Assembly: GCF_963921235.1 (NCBI RefSeq)
Contig: NC_086097.1
Span: forward strand, 223,326,001-223,390,000
Source: Mobula hypostoma
Lineage: Eukaryota
Direction of reading: 5' to 3'
Length of the DNA stretch: 64,000 nt
The translations under genes and the position numbers were made by a program. Positions 1 through 13,921 of the stretch are shown here, piece by piece. How positions within the stretch are numbered: the stretch's first letter is position 1; each line of letters starts with the position of its first letter. The notes under the pieces were generated by a model. It made no database searches. It was not told where the DNA came from and was given only the letters and a program-made list of their open reading frames with translations.

Positions 1-274
1 ATAGTTACAGCCCAGCAACCAATAATTCTGATTGGCACAGTAAATTGGCGATCTGCTGTACCCTCTATTGCTCTTGAGCCTCCATTGCAAACCAATGAGT
101 TCTGCGTTCTCATGGTTCAACCTGGTAACATGTGAAAGACAGTACCCTAGACAGTTAATATTCCTCGATTACTGTACTGGAATGTTTCTCGAGCCCAAAA
201 CCTCCTCACTGCAGTGATGGAGCTAGACAATAATTCATTGCTAACACAGACAGGCTCTCTCATTTTTAGTAAAA

Positions 275-370
275 TATACAAAATGCTGGAGGCACTCAGC
301 AGCTCAGGCAGCATCTATGGAGAGGAATAAAGAGCTGAGTTACCAGCTGAGACCCTTCAACAGGACTGAG
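275..370 (-). mobile_element. Short Penelope-like terminal repeat fragment with degenerate hammerhead motif
   Basis: acaaaatgctggaggcactcagcagctcaggcagcatctatgg...gagacccttcaacaggact, the same family as 52.9-54.5 kb. Confidence 0.7.
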
Positions 371-529
371 TCTTTCATCTTTATCTAGCAATAAAGCAAA
401 ATTACCTATTAAATTTTGACTATTTTTCAAATTTTCTCTGGTTGATTTGTAGAAGTCAGTGGTAACCAATGGGTTGATTTTTTTTAGCTACTTGTTAAAG
501 AAAGAGTGAATTAGTCATTTTCACCATTC

Positions 530-680
530 TGAGACTTTTAAGAGGCTCCTGTATAGGTACATGGAGCTTAGAAAAAGAGGGCTATGGGTAACCCTAGGTA
601 ATTTCTAAGGTAAGTAAATGTTCAGCACAGCATTGTGGGGCGAAGGGCCTGTATTGTTTTGTAGGTTTTCTATGTTTCTA
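530..680 (+). mobile_element. CR1 LINE 3' end fragment
   Basis: Closely similar to 6830-6973 (gagggctatgggtaaccctaggtaatttctaaggtaag...ttttctatgtttct tail). Confidence 0.8.
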
Positions 681-3099
681 AGATCAAGCTGAACCAACAC
701 AGATCAGATACTTCTTGATTGATCTGATCTTTTTTCTAGCAAAGCAACAAAAATAAGAGTTCTTCAGACAAATTTGTTACCTGAAAACTGACAATTGAGA
801 GGATTGAACTTCAGATGTCTGAAGGCACTTTTCCAAATTTCTGTAACTTAAAGAAAACTAGGGCCTGAACTGTCAATGAAACTTAAAGGTCTGCAGGTTA
901 GATGAGTGGTGGTTGTCCATTATGGCTGGCGATACAAGAAACCCGTGCAGGAGAGTTTTTAAAGTGGAAAAGTCATTGCACTGAGGCAGTTCCACTCTCT
1001 CAGCTTCAGAAGTCCATGTCCAATGGTACGAACAAGTGTCACAAACTGGGGTCTTCTTGTCATGTCCTTCGCTCTCCATGGACCATGGCAGCACCACCTT
1101 CCGAACCATCAGATCTCCATGGGAGCTGACCTCGCATGCAAGGACAGGCATGTCCCTATCTCACTGGGGTATAAGGCCACCGGCTACCCTCGCCTGTTGA
1201 AGCAGTGAAGCAGGGCGTGGCCACTGTCATATGCAAACAGCTACCTGGAGACACAGCTGAGACCTAATGAGTATGATGAGAGGTTAGATGAGCACTCAAG
1301 TCAAAAAATAGTGTTTGTCCATTCACACAATTAAAACCTATTATAATTTGCATTTGCCAAAGGTTATTTACAGTGTTCCTTCAGCTGAGCCCATTTATCT
1401 TGCTCCTTCTAGGTTAAAGTTTGCGCATGTTGCTAATTTAATTGCACTTTAAAAATGTCGGAGCTCTTTTGCATTTTGCTAAAACACACAACTTTGTGCT
1501 ATCATCATCCCTAAATCCATCCCAATAATCTGTAAACCCCAAAATCAAAGTAACCATGTTGATCCTTCATCAGCTGCTTTCTCCTGTTCCTGCTTCTGGA
1601 ATAAAGATAGCACATGGGCTATTTTCCAGTCTGTCTTAATTTCCATATTTAGATAAATCTGTAAAGATGTTGAAAGCTGCAAGCTTTCTTATCTGTGTTG
1701 CTTGCATTTTATAGTATGAGCAAGATACTTTCACTTTCAGTCATTCATTTAATCCATTGGGACCATGTTAGCTATTTGAAATTTTAATTTAAATCCCACA
1801 GCAATGCATAGGAAGCAAATACTACTAGGATATACAAATTTAAAAAAAGAAACATCCGCGTGTAGAGATCCTATACTTTTAAAAGTTACTAATAATAACT
1901 TAAATCAAGCCAGATGCACACAATTAGTTACAAATGGAGAACTGGGTTCCTTCTTCCCTCACCCTCCAACCCTACAAGGAGTAAAGATTCCAGAAAGCTG
2001 AAGCATCAGCCATTTCCTGCAATGCTGGAGATCCTTGATGTTTGTGTGACCACAAAATTTAGTATTTTTACTAACCTCAGCAAGACCCAGACTAACATTA
2101 CGTCCATCAGACTTTTTCAGTGGTCACCCCCCTGGGGCCTGTCCAAGGAGAGTATGAAAAATGCCCACAGTTTAAAAGGATTCTGACAAGATCATTAGGG
2201 AGGGAAATGGAATTGTGCATTTGTAAGTGATATATTACCCAAACATCATGTCAAAGAAATGTGCTTGATCATGGGTCTCAAGTAGTTATGTACTTTAAAC
2301 AATTACTGTGAATCAATTTATAACATATAACACTAATTGATTTTTTTTCTCTCTGACAGCACAAACCAGTGGCATCTCAGACCACTTCCCTTTAGCCTCT
2401 TTCTAGTTGAGAGATTTATAGTTTTTAAGACCATAAATAAATAGTGGAATCTCTAAAGGAACAGTTTTTGCAGTTTAAATGAACATTCTGGCCAAGTTAA
2501 AATTTTAGTGATATTGCTAATCATGTAATGATCAACTAATTCAAATTATAACACAAATAATGTTATGTATTAACAGATATTTTTTAAAACAATTATGGCA
2601 TTATACAAAATTTGTCTTCACTTCTATTATTGTGACCAGAACAATATCATCAAACACACAATATTGCTTGTTGTCATTCCATACAGATAAAGTCAGGGTG
2701 TTTGTCAACTGTGTGTTAATTAGACCGCACAATATTATCACCTGCCTGAATATCAGTCTGTTGACTTCCACAGTTCTTGTAGCGGCAGCATAACATATAT
2801 AATGTGACAAACTCTCTAATACTGGGAGTTTATCACACATAAAGAGCCTTTGGAGAGGCACTTACAAGAGCTGACAGATGAATTTAAAGGAAAGTAGAAA
2901 TTTAAGTATAGTGTGCACATGGGATAAAATACTCCTGCACTCATTCCGCTTTTGTACCACCTCAAAGTGTTCAAAAAGCCTCTTGCTGAATGATAGCATG
3001 GGTTGTTCATCTGGGGACATAATGGGTTTGATCTTCACTGTGGAATTGCTCCAGGTAGGCTGCGGAGAACAATACCAGCATGGTGATTGGCCTTTTTGG

Positions 3100-3760
3100 A
3101 TTTCACCAAAGCCTTTCACACCATCTTTTAGGGGGTACAGTGGAATACCCTTCTCAAATTTGGCTACCCACAGGAATTCATATCCATTTCATGCTTGCAA
3201 GCCATAACATTAACCTATTGGCTTACAGGAGAGCCACCCTCAGTGACGACCAGTGTCAAAACACGATTGCATCCTTATCCACAAATACTTCTCTGAAACT
3301 TCTGCGTTGCAGAGTTGTACCCTGCCTTCAACTTCCCACGTACATTGTTCAGCCTTCAGCGACAACAGTCCAGAACCAAGGTCATCTGAACTTCCAGTAG
3401 TGAGGCACCAGAATGCAAACAGCCCTTGCATTGGCGTGTGCTTGGAGGCCAGGTCCTAACCACTGCTGACGTCCCACAGAATGGGTCTCATACCGAACAT
3501 GTGCAAGATGAACGCCATTCAGGAATCTATACCAGCTACTCCACATTGTTCCCTGACAATAAGTGTTCATACGCACACAAGGGAAAATGTGGGCCACACA
3601 TAAGACATGCGTCAGCAGTAGAAGCAGCACACCACCTCAAAAACTAACCCCCCCCCGCCACACTCAACTCATTAGGCACATCTTGCCCCATTTGCAGAAG
3701 GGAATGAGATAGTCATATTAGTCTCATGAGCCACTTCACGGTCCACAAAGTGGAAGCAAA
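3100..3760 (+). mobile_element. Old RTE-clade LINE 3' fragment
   Basis: Degenerate C-terminal zinc-finger-like translation CPICRRE*DSHISLMSH near 3680-3735, typical of RTE ORF ends. Confidence 0.55.
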
Positions 3761-4010
3761 TTATCCTACCAGTGCCTAGGGCATTGTAAAGTTTTATGAG
3801 TACATTTCCTTTTTAAGAATCATATCAACTTTATAGTAATGGGTACTTCTGATTATGCCCAGATTTTTAGTCACAGAACACCACAGCACAGAAACAGGCC
3901 CTTCAGCCCAACTAGTTCATGCTAAAACATTAATCTGCCTAGTTCCATTGACCTGCACCCAGACCATAGCCTTCCATATTTTACCATCCAAGTACCTATC
4001 CAAATTACTC

Positions 4011-6973
4011 AGAACCAAACCGAAGAGATGGAGGAAGAGGCGGTTGGCTCACATATAGAGAAAGCTTGGAGACAGTGCGAGAGAGAGGATAGGCAGGTGA
4101 TAGAGAAAGGACATGCTCAGACCGATGGTTTGAGATGTGTCTATTTTAATTAAAGGAGTGTTATGAACAAAACCGATGAGCTTAGAGTGTGAATCAGTAC
4201 TTGGAGCTATGATGTTGTGGCCATTACAGAGACTTGGATGACTCAGGAGCAGGAATGGTTACTTGGAAGTGCCAGGCTTTAGATGTTTCAGAAAGGACAG
4301 GGAGGGAGGCAAAAGAGGTGGGAGCATGGCACTGTTGATCAGGGATAGTGTCACGGCTGCAGAAAAAGAGGAAGACATGGAGGGATTGTCTACAGAGTCT
4401 CTGTGGGTGGAAGATAGGAACAGGAAGGAGTCAATAACACTACTGGGTGTTTTTTATAGACCACCCAATAGTAACAGGGACATCGAGGAGCAGACAGGGA
4501 GACAGATTCTGGAAAGGTGTAATAATAACAGGGTTGTTCTGGTGGGAGATTTTACTTTCCCAAATATCGATTGGAATATCCCTAGAGCGAAAGGTTTAGA
4601 TGGGGTGGATTTTGTTAGGTGTGCTCAAGAAGGTTTAATAAGCCTACAAGAGGAGAGGCTGTACTTGATCTGGTATTGGGAAATTAACCTGGTCAGGTGT
4701 CAGGTCTCTCAGTGGGAGAGCATTCTGGAGATAGTGATCACAATTCTATCTCCTTTACCATAACATTGGAGAGGGATAGGACCAGACAAGCTAGGAAAGT
4801 GTTTAATTGGAGTAAGTGGAAATATGAAGCTATCAGGCAGGAGCTTGGAAGCATAAATTGGGAACAGATGTTCTCAGGGAATTGTACGGAAGAAATGTGG
4901 CAAATGTTCAGGGGATATTTGCGTGGAGTTCTGCATAGGTACGTTCCAATGAGACAGGGAAAGGATGGAAGAGTACAGGAACCATGGTGTACAAAGGCTG
5001 TTGTAAATCTAGTCAAGAAGAAAAGAGCTTACAAAAGGTTCAAAAAACTAGGTAATGATAGAGATCTAGATTATAAGGCAAGCAGAAAGGAGCTCAGGAA
5101 AGAAATTAGGAGAGCCAGAAGGGGCCATGAGAAGGCCTTGGCGGACAGGATTAAGGAAAACCCCATGGCATTCTACAAGTATGTGAAGAACAAGAGGATA
5201 AGACGTGAGAGAATAGGACCAATCAAGTGTGACAGTGGAAAAGTGTGTATGGAACCGAAGGAGATACCAGAGGTACTGAATGAGTACTTTGCTTCAGTAC
5301 ACACTACGGAAAAGGATATTGGCGATTGTAAGAATGACCTACAGTGGACTGAAAAGCTTAAGCATGTAGAAATTAAGAAAGAGGATGTGATGGAGCTTTT
5401 GGAAAGCATCAAGTTGGATAAGTCACCAGGACCGGACGAGATGTAACCCAGGCTACCGTAGGAGGCGAGAGAGGAGATTGCTCAGCCTCTGGCAATGATC
5501 TTTACATCATCAATGGGGACGGGAGAGGTTCTGGAGGATTAGAGGGTTGCAGATGTTGTTCCCTTATTCAAGAAAGGGAGTAGAGATAGCCCAGGAAATT
5601 ATAGGCCAGTGAGTCGTACTTCGGTGGTTGTTAATTTGATGGAGAAGATCGTGAGAGGCAGGATTTATGAACATTTGGAGAGGTATAATATGATTAGGAA
5701 TAGTCAGCATGGCTATGTCAAGGTCAGGCCTTACGAACCTGATTGAATTTTGTGGGGATGCGACTAAACACATTGCTGAAGGTAGAGCAGTAGGTGTAGT
5801 GTATATGGATTTCAGCAAGGCATTTGATAAGGTATTCCATGCAATACTTATTGAGAAAGTAAGGAGGCATGAGATCCAAGGGGACATTGCTTTGTGGATC
5901 CTAAACTGGCTTGCCCACAGAAGGGAAAGAGTGGTTGTAGACAGATCATATTCTGCATGGAGGTCGGTCACCAGTGGTGTGCTTCGGATCTGTTCTGGGA
6001 CCCCTGCTCTTTGTGATTTTTATAAATGACCTGGATGAGGAAGTGGAGGGATGGGTTAGTGAATTTGCTGATGACACAAAGGTTGGGGGTGTTGTGGATA
6101 GTATGGAGGGCTGTCAGAGGTTACAGCAGGATATTGATAGGATGCAAAACTGGGCTGAGAAGTGGCGGATGGAGTTCAACCCAGATAAGTGTGAGCTGGT
6201 TCATTTTGGTAGGTCAAATATGATGAAAGAGTATAGCATTAATGGTAAGACTCTTGGCAGTGTGGAGGATCAGTGAGATCTTGGGGTCTGAGTCCATAGG
6301 ACACTCAAAGCTGCTGCGCAGGTTGAATCTGTGATTAAGAAAGCATACAGTGCATTGCCCTTCATCAATCATGGGATTGAGTTTAGGAGCTGAGAGGTAA
6401 TGTTGCAGCTATTTTGAACCCTGGTCAGACCCCACTTGGAGTACTGTGCTCAGTTCTGATTGCCTCATTATAGGAAGGATGTGGAAACCATAGAAAGGGT
6501 GCAGAGGAGATTTACAAGGATGTTGCCTGGATTGGGGAGCATGCCTTATGAGAATAGGTTGAATGATCTTTGCCTTTTTTCCTTGGAGCGACAGAGGTGA
6601 GAGTGACCTGATAGAGGTGTATAAGATGATGAGAGGCATTGATCGTGTGGATAGTCAGAGGCTCTTTCCCAGGGCTGAAATGGTTAGCATGAGAGGGCAT
6701 AGTTTTAAGGTGCTTGGAAGTAGGCACAGAGGAGATAACGGGGTAGGTTTTTTTTTACGCAGAGAGTGGTGAGAGCGTGGAATGGGCTGCTGGTGACGGT
6801 GGTGGAGATGGATACAATAGGGTCTTTTAAGACACTCCTGGGCAGGTATATGGAGCTCAGAAAAAAATAAGAGGGCTATGGGTAACCCTAGGTAATTTCT
6901 AAGGTAAGGACATGTTCGGCACAGCTTTGTGGGCTGAAGGGTCTGTAATGTGCTGTTGGTTTTCTATGTTTCT
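4011..6973 (+). mobile_element. CR1 LINE, nearly complete but disrupted ORF2 (APE endonuclease + reverse transcriptase) and 3' tail
   Basis: ORF fragments GVFYRPPNS/VLVGDF, GDSDHNSI, YMDFSKAFDKV, GSVLGPLLFVIFINDL...FADDTK; stops and frameshifts; ends in ttttctatgtttct. Confidence 0.93.
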
Positions 6974-7084
6974 AATGTTGAAATTGAACCTGCATCCACC
7001 ACCTGCATTAGCAGCTCATTCTACATTCTCACCACCCTTTGAGTGAAGAAGCTCCTCCTGTTCCCCTTAAACACTGCCCTTTCA

Positions 7085-9272
7085 TGGGGTATGAGACAAT
7101 GATGTCTGTTAAGTCCTTTGTTATTTAATTTGGTGCTGGAACCTTTGGCTATTGCACTTAGTGAAGCTAAGGATATTCAAGGAATTTCCATAAATGGGAC
7201 TATTCAAAAGATTTCCCTTTATGCTGATGATCTCTTAGTTTATGTTTCGAATCCTGAAAAATCCATTCCTAGTTTATTGAAATTATTAAATGAATTTGGA
7301 AAGTTTTCGGGATATAAATTAAACTGTCATAAAAGTGAATTATTTCCTTTAAATGATTCTGCTTTTATATATGATGATATGTCTTTTAAAGTTACGGATT
7401 CTTTTGAATATTTAGGTATTATCATTACTAAAAATTATAGAGACCTTTATAGAGCTAATTTAGTTCCCTTAGTGGATTTTATGAAGCAATTATTTTCTAG
7501 ATGGAATCCTCTTACGCTTTCATTAGTTGGTTGAATTCATGTAGTTAAAATGATCTTACCAAAATTTTTATATGTACACGTTTGTATTTCAAAATATTCC
7601 TATTTTTTTTAACTAAGAAGTTTTTTTGATCAGGTTGATTCTATTGATTTCATCTTTTGTTTGGAATAATAAAAGACCAAGAATTGGAAAATGTCATTTA
7701 CAAAAATTAAAAAAGGATGGAGGTCTTGCTTTGCCTAATTTAAGAATGTATTGCGGTTAATATACACTATGCGTGTTCTTGGTTATATGGGACTGATAAA
7801 AATGAACGACCACCATGGGTTGATTTGGAATTGAAAGCTGTGAAACAATTTTACTTAAGTTCGTTATTAGGAACTTCTTTACCTGTACCACTAGTCAAAA
7901 TTTCTATTTTAAATATAAATCCTACGATTAAGCAGTCATTACAAATTTGGTACCAGTTTCGTAAGTTTTTTAATCTTAAAAAATTTAACCTTCTTAGTTT
8001 AATTTATTGAAACTATTTATTTAAACCTTCACTTAGTGATCCTACCTTTTCTCTTTGGAGGAATAAAGGAACTTATTCCTTTATGGATTTGTTTCAAGAA
8101 GACCAATTGATGTCCTTTGAGAAATTAGTAACTAAATACTCTCTTTCATACTCACACTTTTTGCAATATCTTCAGGTCAGACATTTTTTACAAGAATATT
8201 TAAGTAATTTAAGTATACAAAACTCTGACCTGTTAGACATTATTTTAAAAATGAACACTTTAGTGAAAGGTTTTATTGGGAAAATTTATAATTTACCCTT
8301 ACAACAGGATAACTATCCTCTATTTAAGATTAAGCAAGATTGGGAAAGAGAGCTTAACATGACCTTGATAACAGAGGATTGGTTGCTAGTTTTGAAGTTG
8401 GTTAACTCTTCTTTGATTTGCGCCAGTCATTCTTTATTTCAATTTTAAATTGCACATTGTTATTATTTGACAAAGGAGAGATGTTTAAAATATTTCCTAA
8501 TGTTAATAGTCAGTGTGATATACGTAAAACTGAGATAGCTACATTGACACATATGTTTTGGTCGTGTTCTGTATTGAAACAGTTTTGGAAATCTATTTTT
8601 CTACAATTTCTAAAGCTTTAAAAATTAATTTACAACCAAATAAATTGACAGTTTTGTTTGGTATAATTCCTCAATATATTCATGGTATTTCTATATCAGA
8701 TCAACATGTAATTGCATTTGTTACATTATTGGCTAGAAGAGCTATTTTATTAAAATGGAAAGATGCTTCTGCTCCCACTTTGATACAATTGTTTTCTCAG
8801 GTGATGCTATGTCTTAGTTTGGAAAAAAATCAGAAGTCGAACTTTTGATCCTCGATTTAACTTTGAGAAAAGGTGGGGCTCTTTTGCCTGCTGCTATCAT
8901 TTGATTTAAGTTAATTAAGATGGTCCCCTTCTGATTCTTGGGTAAATGGATTTGGTTGGCAGATTGATGTCTTTTTTTTTTATAGAAGCTTGTATGGCGT
9001 ATAGCTCCAGGTTTGTGCTCCAAATCATTTTTTTTTTCTCTTTTTTTTGTTAGCTGGTTTTTTTTGTTTTAGTTAGTAGGGGTTCTTTTTTCCAAAAAAA
9101 ATTAGCTTTAACATTTTGTTTTTTTTTTAATTATTATTATTGATATACTGTTTAGTTTGGTTAATAGTATGACTTTTATTATACATATTGATATATTGAC
9201 TTGATTATTTTAATTTTTTTTAATGTTGATTTTCAATAATAATTAATAAAAAGATTTTAAAATGAAAATGAA
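7085..9272 (+). mobile_element. 5'-truncated L1/Tx1-clade LINE (RT C-half, Cys-rich C-terminus, T-rich 3' UTR)
   Basis: LFNLVLEPLAIAL...ISLYADDLLVY...FGKFSGYKLN and LTHMFWSC; AATAAA near 9245 followed by an (AAATG)n tail; degenerate target-site duplication aaacactgccctttca / aaacattgcacctttca. Confidence 0.9.
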
Positions 9273-9854
9273 ACATTGCACCTTTCACCAATGACCTCTT
9301 GTTGCCGTCTCACCCAACCAGGGAATAGAGGCCTAACCTATTCAAACTTTTCCTATAACTCAAGTCCCAGAAACATCCTTGTAAATTTTCTTTGCACTCT
9401 TTCAATCCTGTAGGTGGGTAACCAAAACTGCACACAATACGTAGGCCTCACCAATGTCTTATACAATTTCAACATGACATTCCAACTCCTGTACTCAATA
9501 CATTGATTTTTGAAGGCCAATGTGCCAAAATTTTATCAACCTGTGATGCCACTTTCAAGGAATTATGGATCTCTAGTCTCTGTTCTACTGCACTCTTCAG
9601 TGCCCTCCCACTCAACATGCAAGACCTACCCTGGTTGGTACCATTGAAGTACAACACCTCACAATTAACTGCATTAAATCCTATCTGCCATTTTTCAGCC
9701 TATTTTTCCAGTTGGTCCAGATCTTGCAAGCTTTAATAGTCTTCTTCACTGTCCACGAACCTCCCCAATCATGGTGTCATGCACAAATTTGCTGAACCAA
9801 TTTACCCAGATTACCATCCAGATTGTCTATATAGATGACAAACAACAACAGATC

Positions 9855-11023
9855 TTTACTTTACTTTATACTTTATTGTTACCAAACAATTGATACTAGA
9901 ACGTACAATCATCACAGCGATATTTGATTCTGTGCTTCGCGCTCCCTGGAGTACAAATCGATAGTAAATATTAAAAATTAAATTATAAATCATAAATAGA
10001 AAATAGAAAAGGGCAAGTAAGGTAGTGCAAAAAAAAACCAAGAGATAGGTCCGGATATTTGGAGGGCAGCCAGATCTGGGTCAGGATCCGTTCAGCAGTC
10101 TTATCACAGTTGGAAAAAAGCTTTTCCCAAATCTGGCCATATGAGTCTTCAAGCTCCTGAGCCTTCTCCCAGAGGGAAGAGGGACGAAAAGTGTGTTGGT
10201 TGGGTGTCGGGTCCTTGATTATTCTGGCAGCACTGCTCCGACAGTGTGCAGTGTAAAGTGAGTCCAAGGACGGAAGATTGGTTTGTGTGATGTGCTGGGC
10301 TGTGTTCACGATCTTCTGCAGCTTCTTCCGGTCTTGGACAGGACAACTTCCATACCAGGTTGTGATGCACCCAAGAAGAATGCTTTCTACAGTGCATCTA
10401 TACAAATTAGTGAGGGTTTTAGAGGACAGGCCAAATTTCTTTAGCTTTCTCAGGAAGTAAAGGCGCTGATGGGCCTTCTTGGCAGTGGACTCTGCTTGGT
10501 TGGACCAAGTCAGGTCATTTGTGATATTGACCCCGAGGAACTTAAAGCTTTTGATCTGTTCCACTTGTGCACCACCGATGTAAATTGGGTTGTGTGGTCT
10601 GCTACTCCTGAAGTCAACAACCAATTCCTTCGTCTTGCTGACGTTGAGGGATAGGTTATTGTCTTCGCACCATGTCACCGGGTTCTTAATTTCCTCTCTG
10701 TACTCAAACTCATCATTACCCGAGATACGGCCTACAATTGTGGTGTCATCAGCAAACTTATATATTGAGTTCGATGGAAACTTGGCTACACAATCATGGG
10801 TGTACAGTGAGTACAGCACGGGGCTGAGTACACAGCCTGTGGGGCACCGGTGCTCAAAGTGATTGTAGAGGAGAGCTTGTCCCCTATTTTTACAGCCTGG
10901 GTCCTGTCTGTGAGGAAGTTGAAGATCCAGCTGCAGATCTGAGTGCTAAGGCCCAGGTTCCGGAGCTTAGGAATCAGTTTATTTGGAATGATGGTATTAA
11001 AGGCAGAGCTGTAGTCAATGAAA
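9855..11023 (-). mobile_element. 5'-truncated Rex1/Babar-type LINE, RT C-terminal part
   Basis: 278-aa [12 protein letters not shown]...[12 protein letters not shown]...LNVSKTKELVVDFR...KKAHQRLYFLRKL; short-repeat tail (aaagt)n at 9855-9877. Confidence 0.88.
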
Positions 11024-11109
11024 AGCCTGGCACTGATCCCTGCAGTATGCCACTAGTAAAAGGCCTCCAGTCAGAAAGACAACCACCTACTATCAAATTG
11101 CAAATGTCA

Positions 11110-11680
11110 CTCCACTCTTTAAGAAAGGAGAAAGGCTGCAGAAAGGTAATTATAGACCAGTTGGCCTGACCTCAGGGGTTGGAAAGATGATGGAGCCAAT
11201 TGTTAAGGATGAGGTTATAGAATATTTGGTAACACAGGACAAGACAGTCCAAAGTCAGCATGGTTTCCTTCAGGGAAAATCCTGCCTGATGAACCTGTGG
11301 AATTCTTTGAGTAGATTACAAGTAGGATAGATAAAGGGGACGCAGTGGATGTTGTATATTTGGACCTTCAGAAGGCCTTTGACGAGGTGCCACACATGAG
11401 TCTGCTCAATGGCTTAATTCTGCTCCTATATACACCATAAGACATAGGAGCAGAATTAGGCCATCTGACCCATCGAGTCTGCTCCTCCATCCAATCAGGG
11501 CTGATCCTTTTTTTCCCTCCTCCTCAACCCTAGTTCCCAGCCTTCTCCCCGTAACCTTTGATGCCATGTCCAATCAAGAACCTATCAATCTTTGCCTTAA
11601 ATACACCCAACGACGGGGCCTCCACAGCTGCATGTGGCAACAAATTTCACAAATTCACCACTCTGGCTAAAGAAATATCT
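11110..11680. mobile_element. Two CR1 fragments: RT fragment on + (about 11110-11410) and 3' end on - (about 11435-11680)
   Basis: NYRPV.LTS...QHGF...LD.QKAFD.VPH-like sequence, then a cataagacataggagcagaattaggcc tail in reverse orientation. Confidence 0.75.
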
Positions 11681-11699
11681 TATGGCATAATAAAACTAC

Positions 11700-13800
11700 T
11701 ATATAGACATCCACAGCAGAGTAAATTTTAATTGTCCCATTAAGGCCTAAAGATTATTCGCTGTGGAAGAATTCTTATTCTTGTGAGATAACATCTTTCC
11801 TGACCGGGGGGTGGGAGTGGGTCACTCTGCTCAGCAGGAGAGACTTGTGGTTGTGAAACGATCTCAGGCTCTGGGGCCTCCTCCGTGGTGGTTGTAGGAG
11901 TTGGCTCTGGGACAGCAGGAAGTGGTTTTGTCAACTCCGGACACCTTTCTCCTGGACGTATTGGCATTCCAAACAGAGCATGGCAAGCTTCACTGTACGA
12001 TGTGGATCATAATGTGTGAGTACAGTGTCTGACGTCATCTTTTCCTCAGTCTTTTTGAAAGCCACCTCGTCACGCTGCTTTGTCCATTGTCATTTCTCCC
12101 CACTGTGTAGTAATGAGTTCAAGGAGTGGAGCAGAATAGCCACGTTTTGCAGGAAACTGTCATGGTAACTGGAACATCCTAAAAAGGACCACAACTGTGA
12201 CATACCCTTTCACATTGGGAGATCCACCAGTGCTTGAATTTTCCTTGTGCGTCAACAGAGTGACCACAGTAAGTTATGCTTGGTTTAAAGAATTCACACG
12301 TCACATCGTGCTCTTGAGCCCATAACCTTCAAATCCTTTTTTAACACTGTCTTGAGATTTTGGAGATGTTTCTTGTCATCCTCACCAGTGACATTAAAGT
12401 CATCCAGGTAACACCGAGTGCCTGGGCAACATTGCAGTACCTTGGCCATAGCTTTCTGCCCAAGTGCAGGGGCAGATGCTACTCCAAAAATAAGCCTATT
12501 ATAGTGATAAAGCCCTTTGTGAGTGCTCATGGTGAGAAACACTTTGGACTATTCTTCCATTTCTGTCTGTAGGTAGGCCTCAGCTAAGTCCATTTTGCTG
12601 AAGATTTTTCCTCCAGAGAGGTTTGCAAAGATATCCTCTATCCTGGGCAGAAGGATTGATCTACTGAAAGACTGGGTTTATGGTGACCTTAAAATCACCA
12701 CAGATCCTGACAGGAGTTTCCCATAGTTCTTGGCTAGTGGAACCACTGGTGTGCCCCATGGGCTCCACTCAACCTTGGAAAGAATTCCTTCAGCCTCCAT
12801 GCAATCTAGCTCACCGGCAACTTTATAATGGATAATATAAGGAACTGGACAGGCTTTGAAAAACTTGGGTGTGGCATTTTCAAGTAAAACTATTTTACCC
12901 TTGATATGTTTGAGTTTTCCAATGTCATCCTTGAACACCGCTGTGGCATCATAAAGTACTTTCTAAATTCACTTTCAGTTGGCACGATTTCATTGGCTCT
13001 ATTTCATTAGGAGTTTGAGAAGATTTGGTAGTCTCCAAGAGCATTCACGAATTTCTATAGATGTACTGTGACAAGCATTCTAACTGGCTGCATCACCGTC
13101 TGGTATGGGGGGCAGGGGGGACTACTGCACAGGATCAAAGTAAGCTACACAGAATTGTAAAATTAGTCAGCTCCATCATGGTCACTAGCCTCCATAGTAT
13201 CCAGGACATCTTCAAGGAGCAATGCCTCAAAAAGGCAGCATCTATCATTAAGGACCCCCATCACCCAGGCTACCATCAGGAAGGAGATACAGAAGCCTGA
13301 AGGCATTAGCTCAATTATTCAGGAACAGCTTCTTCCCCTTTGCCATCCAATTTCTAAATGGACTTTGAACCCATAAATACTACCTCACTACTATAGTTAT
13401 TACAATTTTTTGCACTACCTTTTTAATGATTACATATATATGTTGGTTGTTATGTTTCACCGTTACAAGTGTATTTCCCACAGGAGTTATCTTCTCTCCA
13501 GTATACGTTCTTAGTTGGATATCTGCAGGTTTCAGATTAATATCTTTGAAATGCCGTTCAAATTCACTTTGTGGAATGACAAACAGCTGAGCCAGTGTCG
13601 AATTTCATTTTAAATAATTTGCTGTTTACTTCTGGTAGAAGCCATATTACTTGTGTATTGTTAGTTTTCACTTAATAAATCTCAAGGGTACCCAGTCCTG
13701 TGTCATTTTCATCATTTCATCAGCAAAACGCAGATTACTGCTCTTTTTGAAGGTGCAGCTTCACTTTTCAGCTTTTCCTCTTGGCCTCATTTATTTTTAT
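11700..13800 (-). mobile_element. Decayed Ty3/Gypsy LTR-retrotransposon pol remnant (protease, RT, integrase C-terminal tail)
   Basis: Protease KMKFDTGSAV near 13583-13612; PKFFKACPVPY...GILSKVEWSPWGTPVV; YNRLIFGVASAPA...CYLDD; ERCYLTRIR tail. No LTR pair recognised. Confidence 0.85.
12985..13440 (+). mobile_element. Rex1/Babar 3' fragment inserted in the Gypsy remnant
   Basis: CLKKAASIIKDPHHPG motif; same family as 28205-28775. Confidence 0.8.
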
Positions 13801-13921
13801 CTGCTCTTTGTACTGGATGTGCTCTACTTTGCTGAAATTTCTGTAAGATTCGCTTTTAAACCTGTATTGGTCTGGTGTATGTGAGCCCCTGCTCACATAC
13901 ACCACAATGGTGTAAAGTGTA

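Larger units (their letters stand above)
3870..11095 (-). mobile_element. Host CR1 LINE (3' part) split into four pieces (about 3870-4010, 6974-7084, 9271-9854, 11027-11095) by three younger insertions
   Basis: The pieces join colinearly when compared with the copies at 15530-16505 and 45898-47200. Confidence 0.8.

Noticed and set aside
900..1270. Repeat-like segment (and a comparable one at 44870-45310), possibly an RTE-related SINE or LINE end
   Set aside because: It looks like dispersed repeat sequence, but I cannot assign a family from the sequence alone.
4263..6772. Active autonomous CR1
   Set aside because: ORF2 has multiple stops, frameshifts and a deletion, and ORF1 is almost entirely missing.
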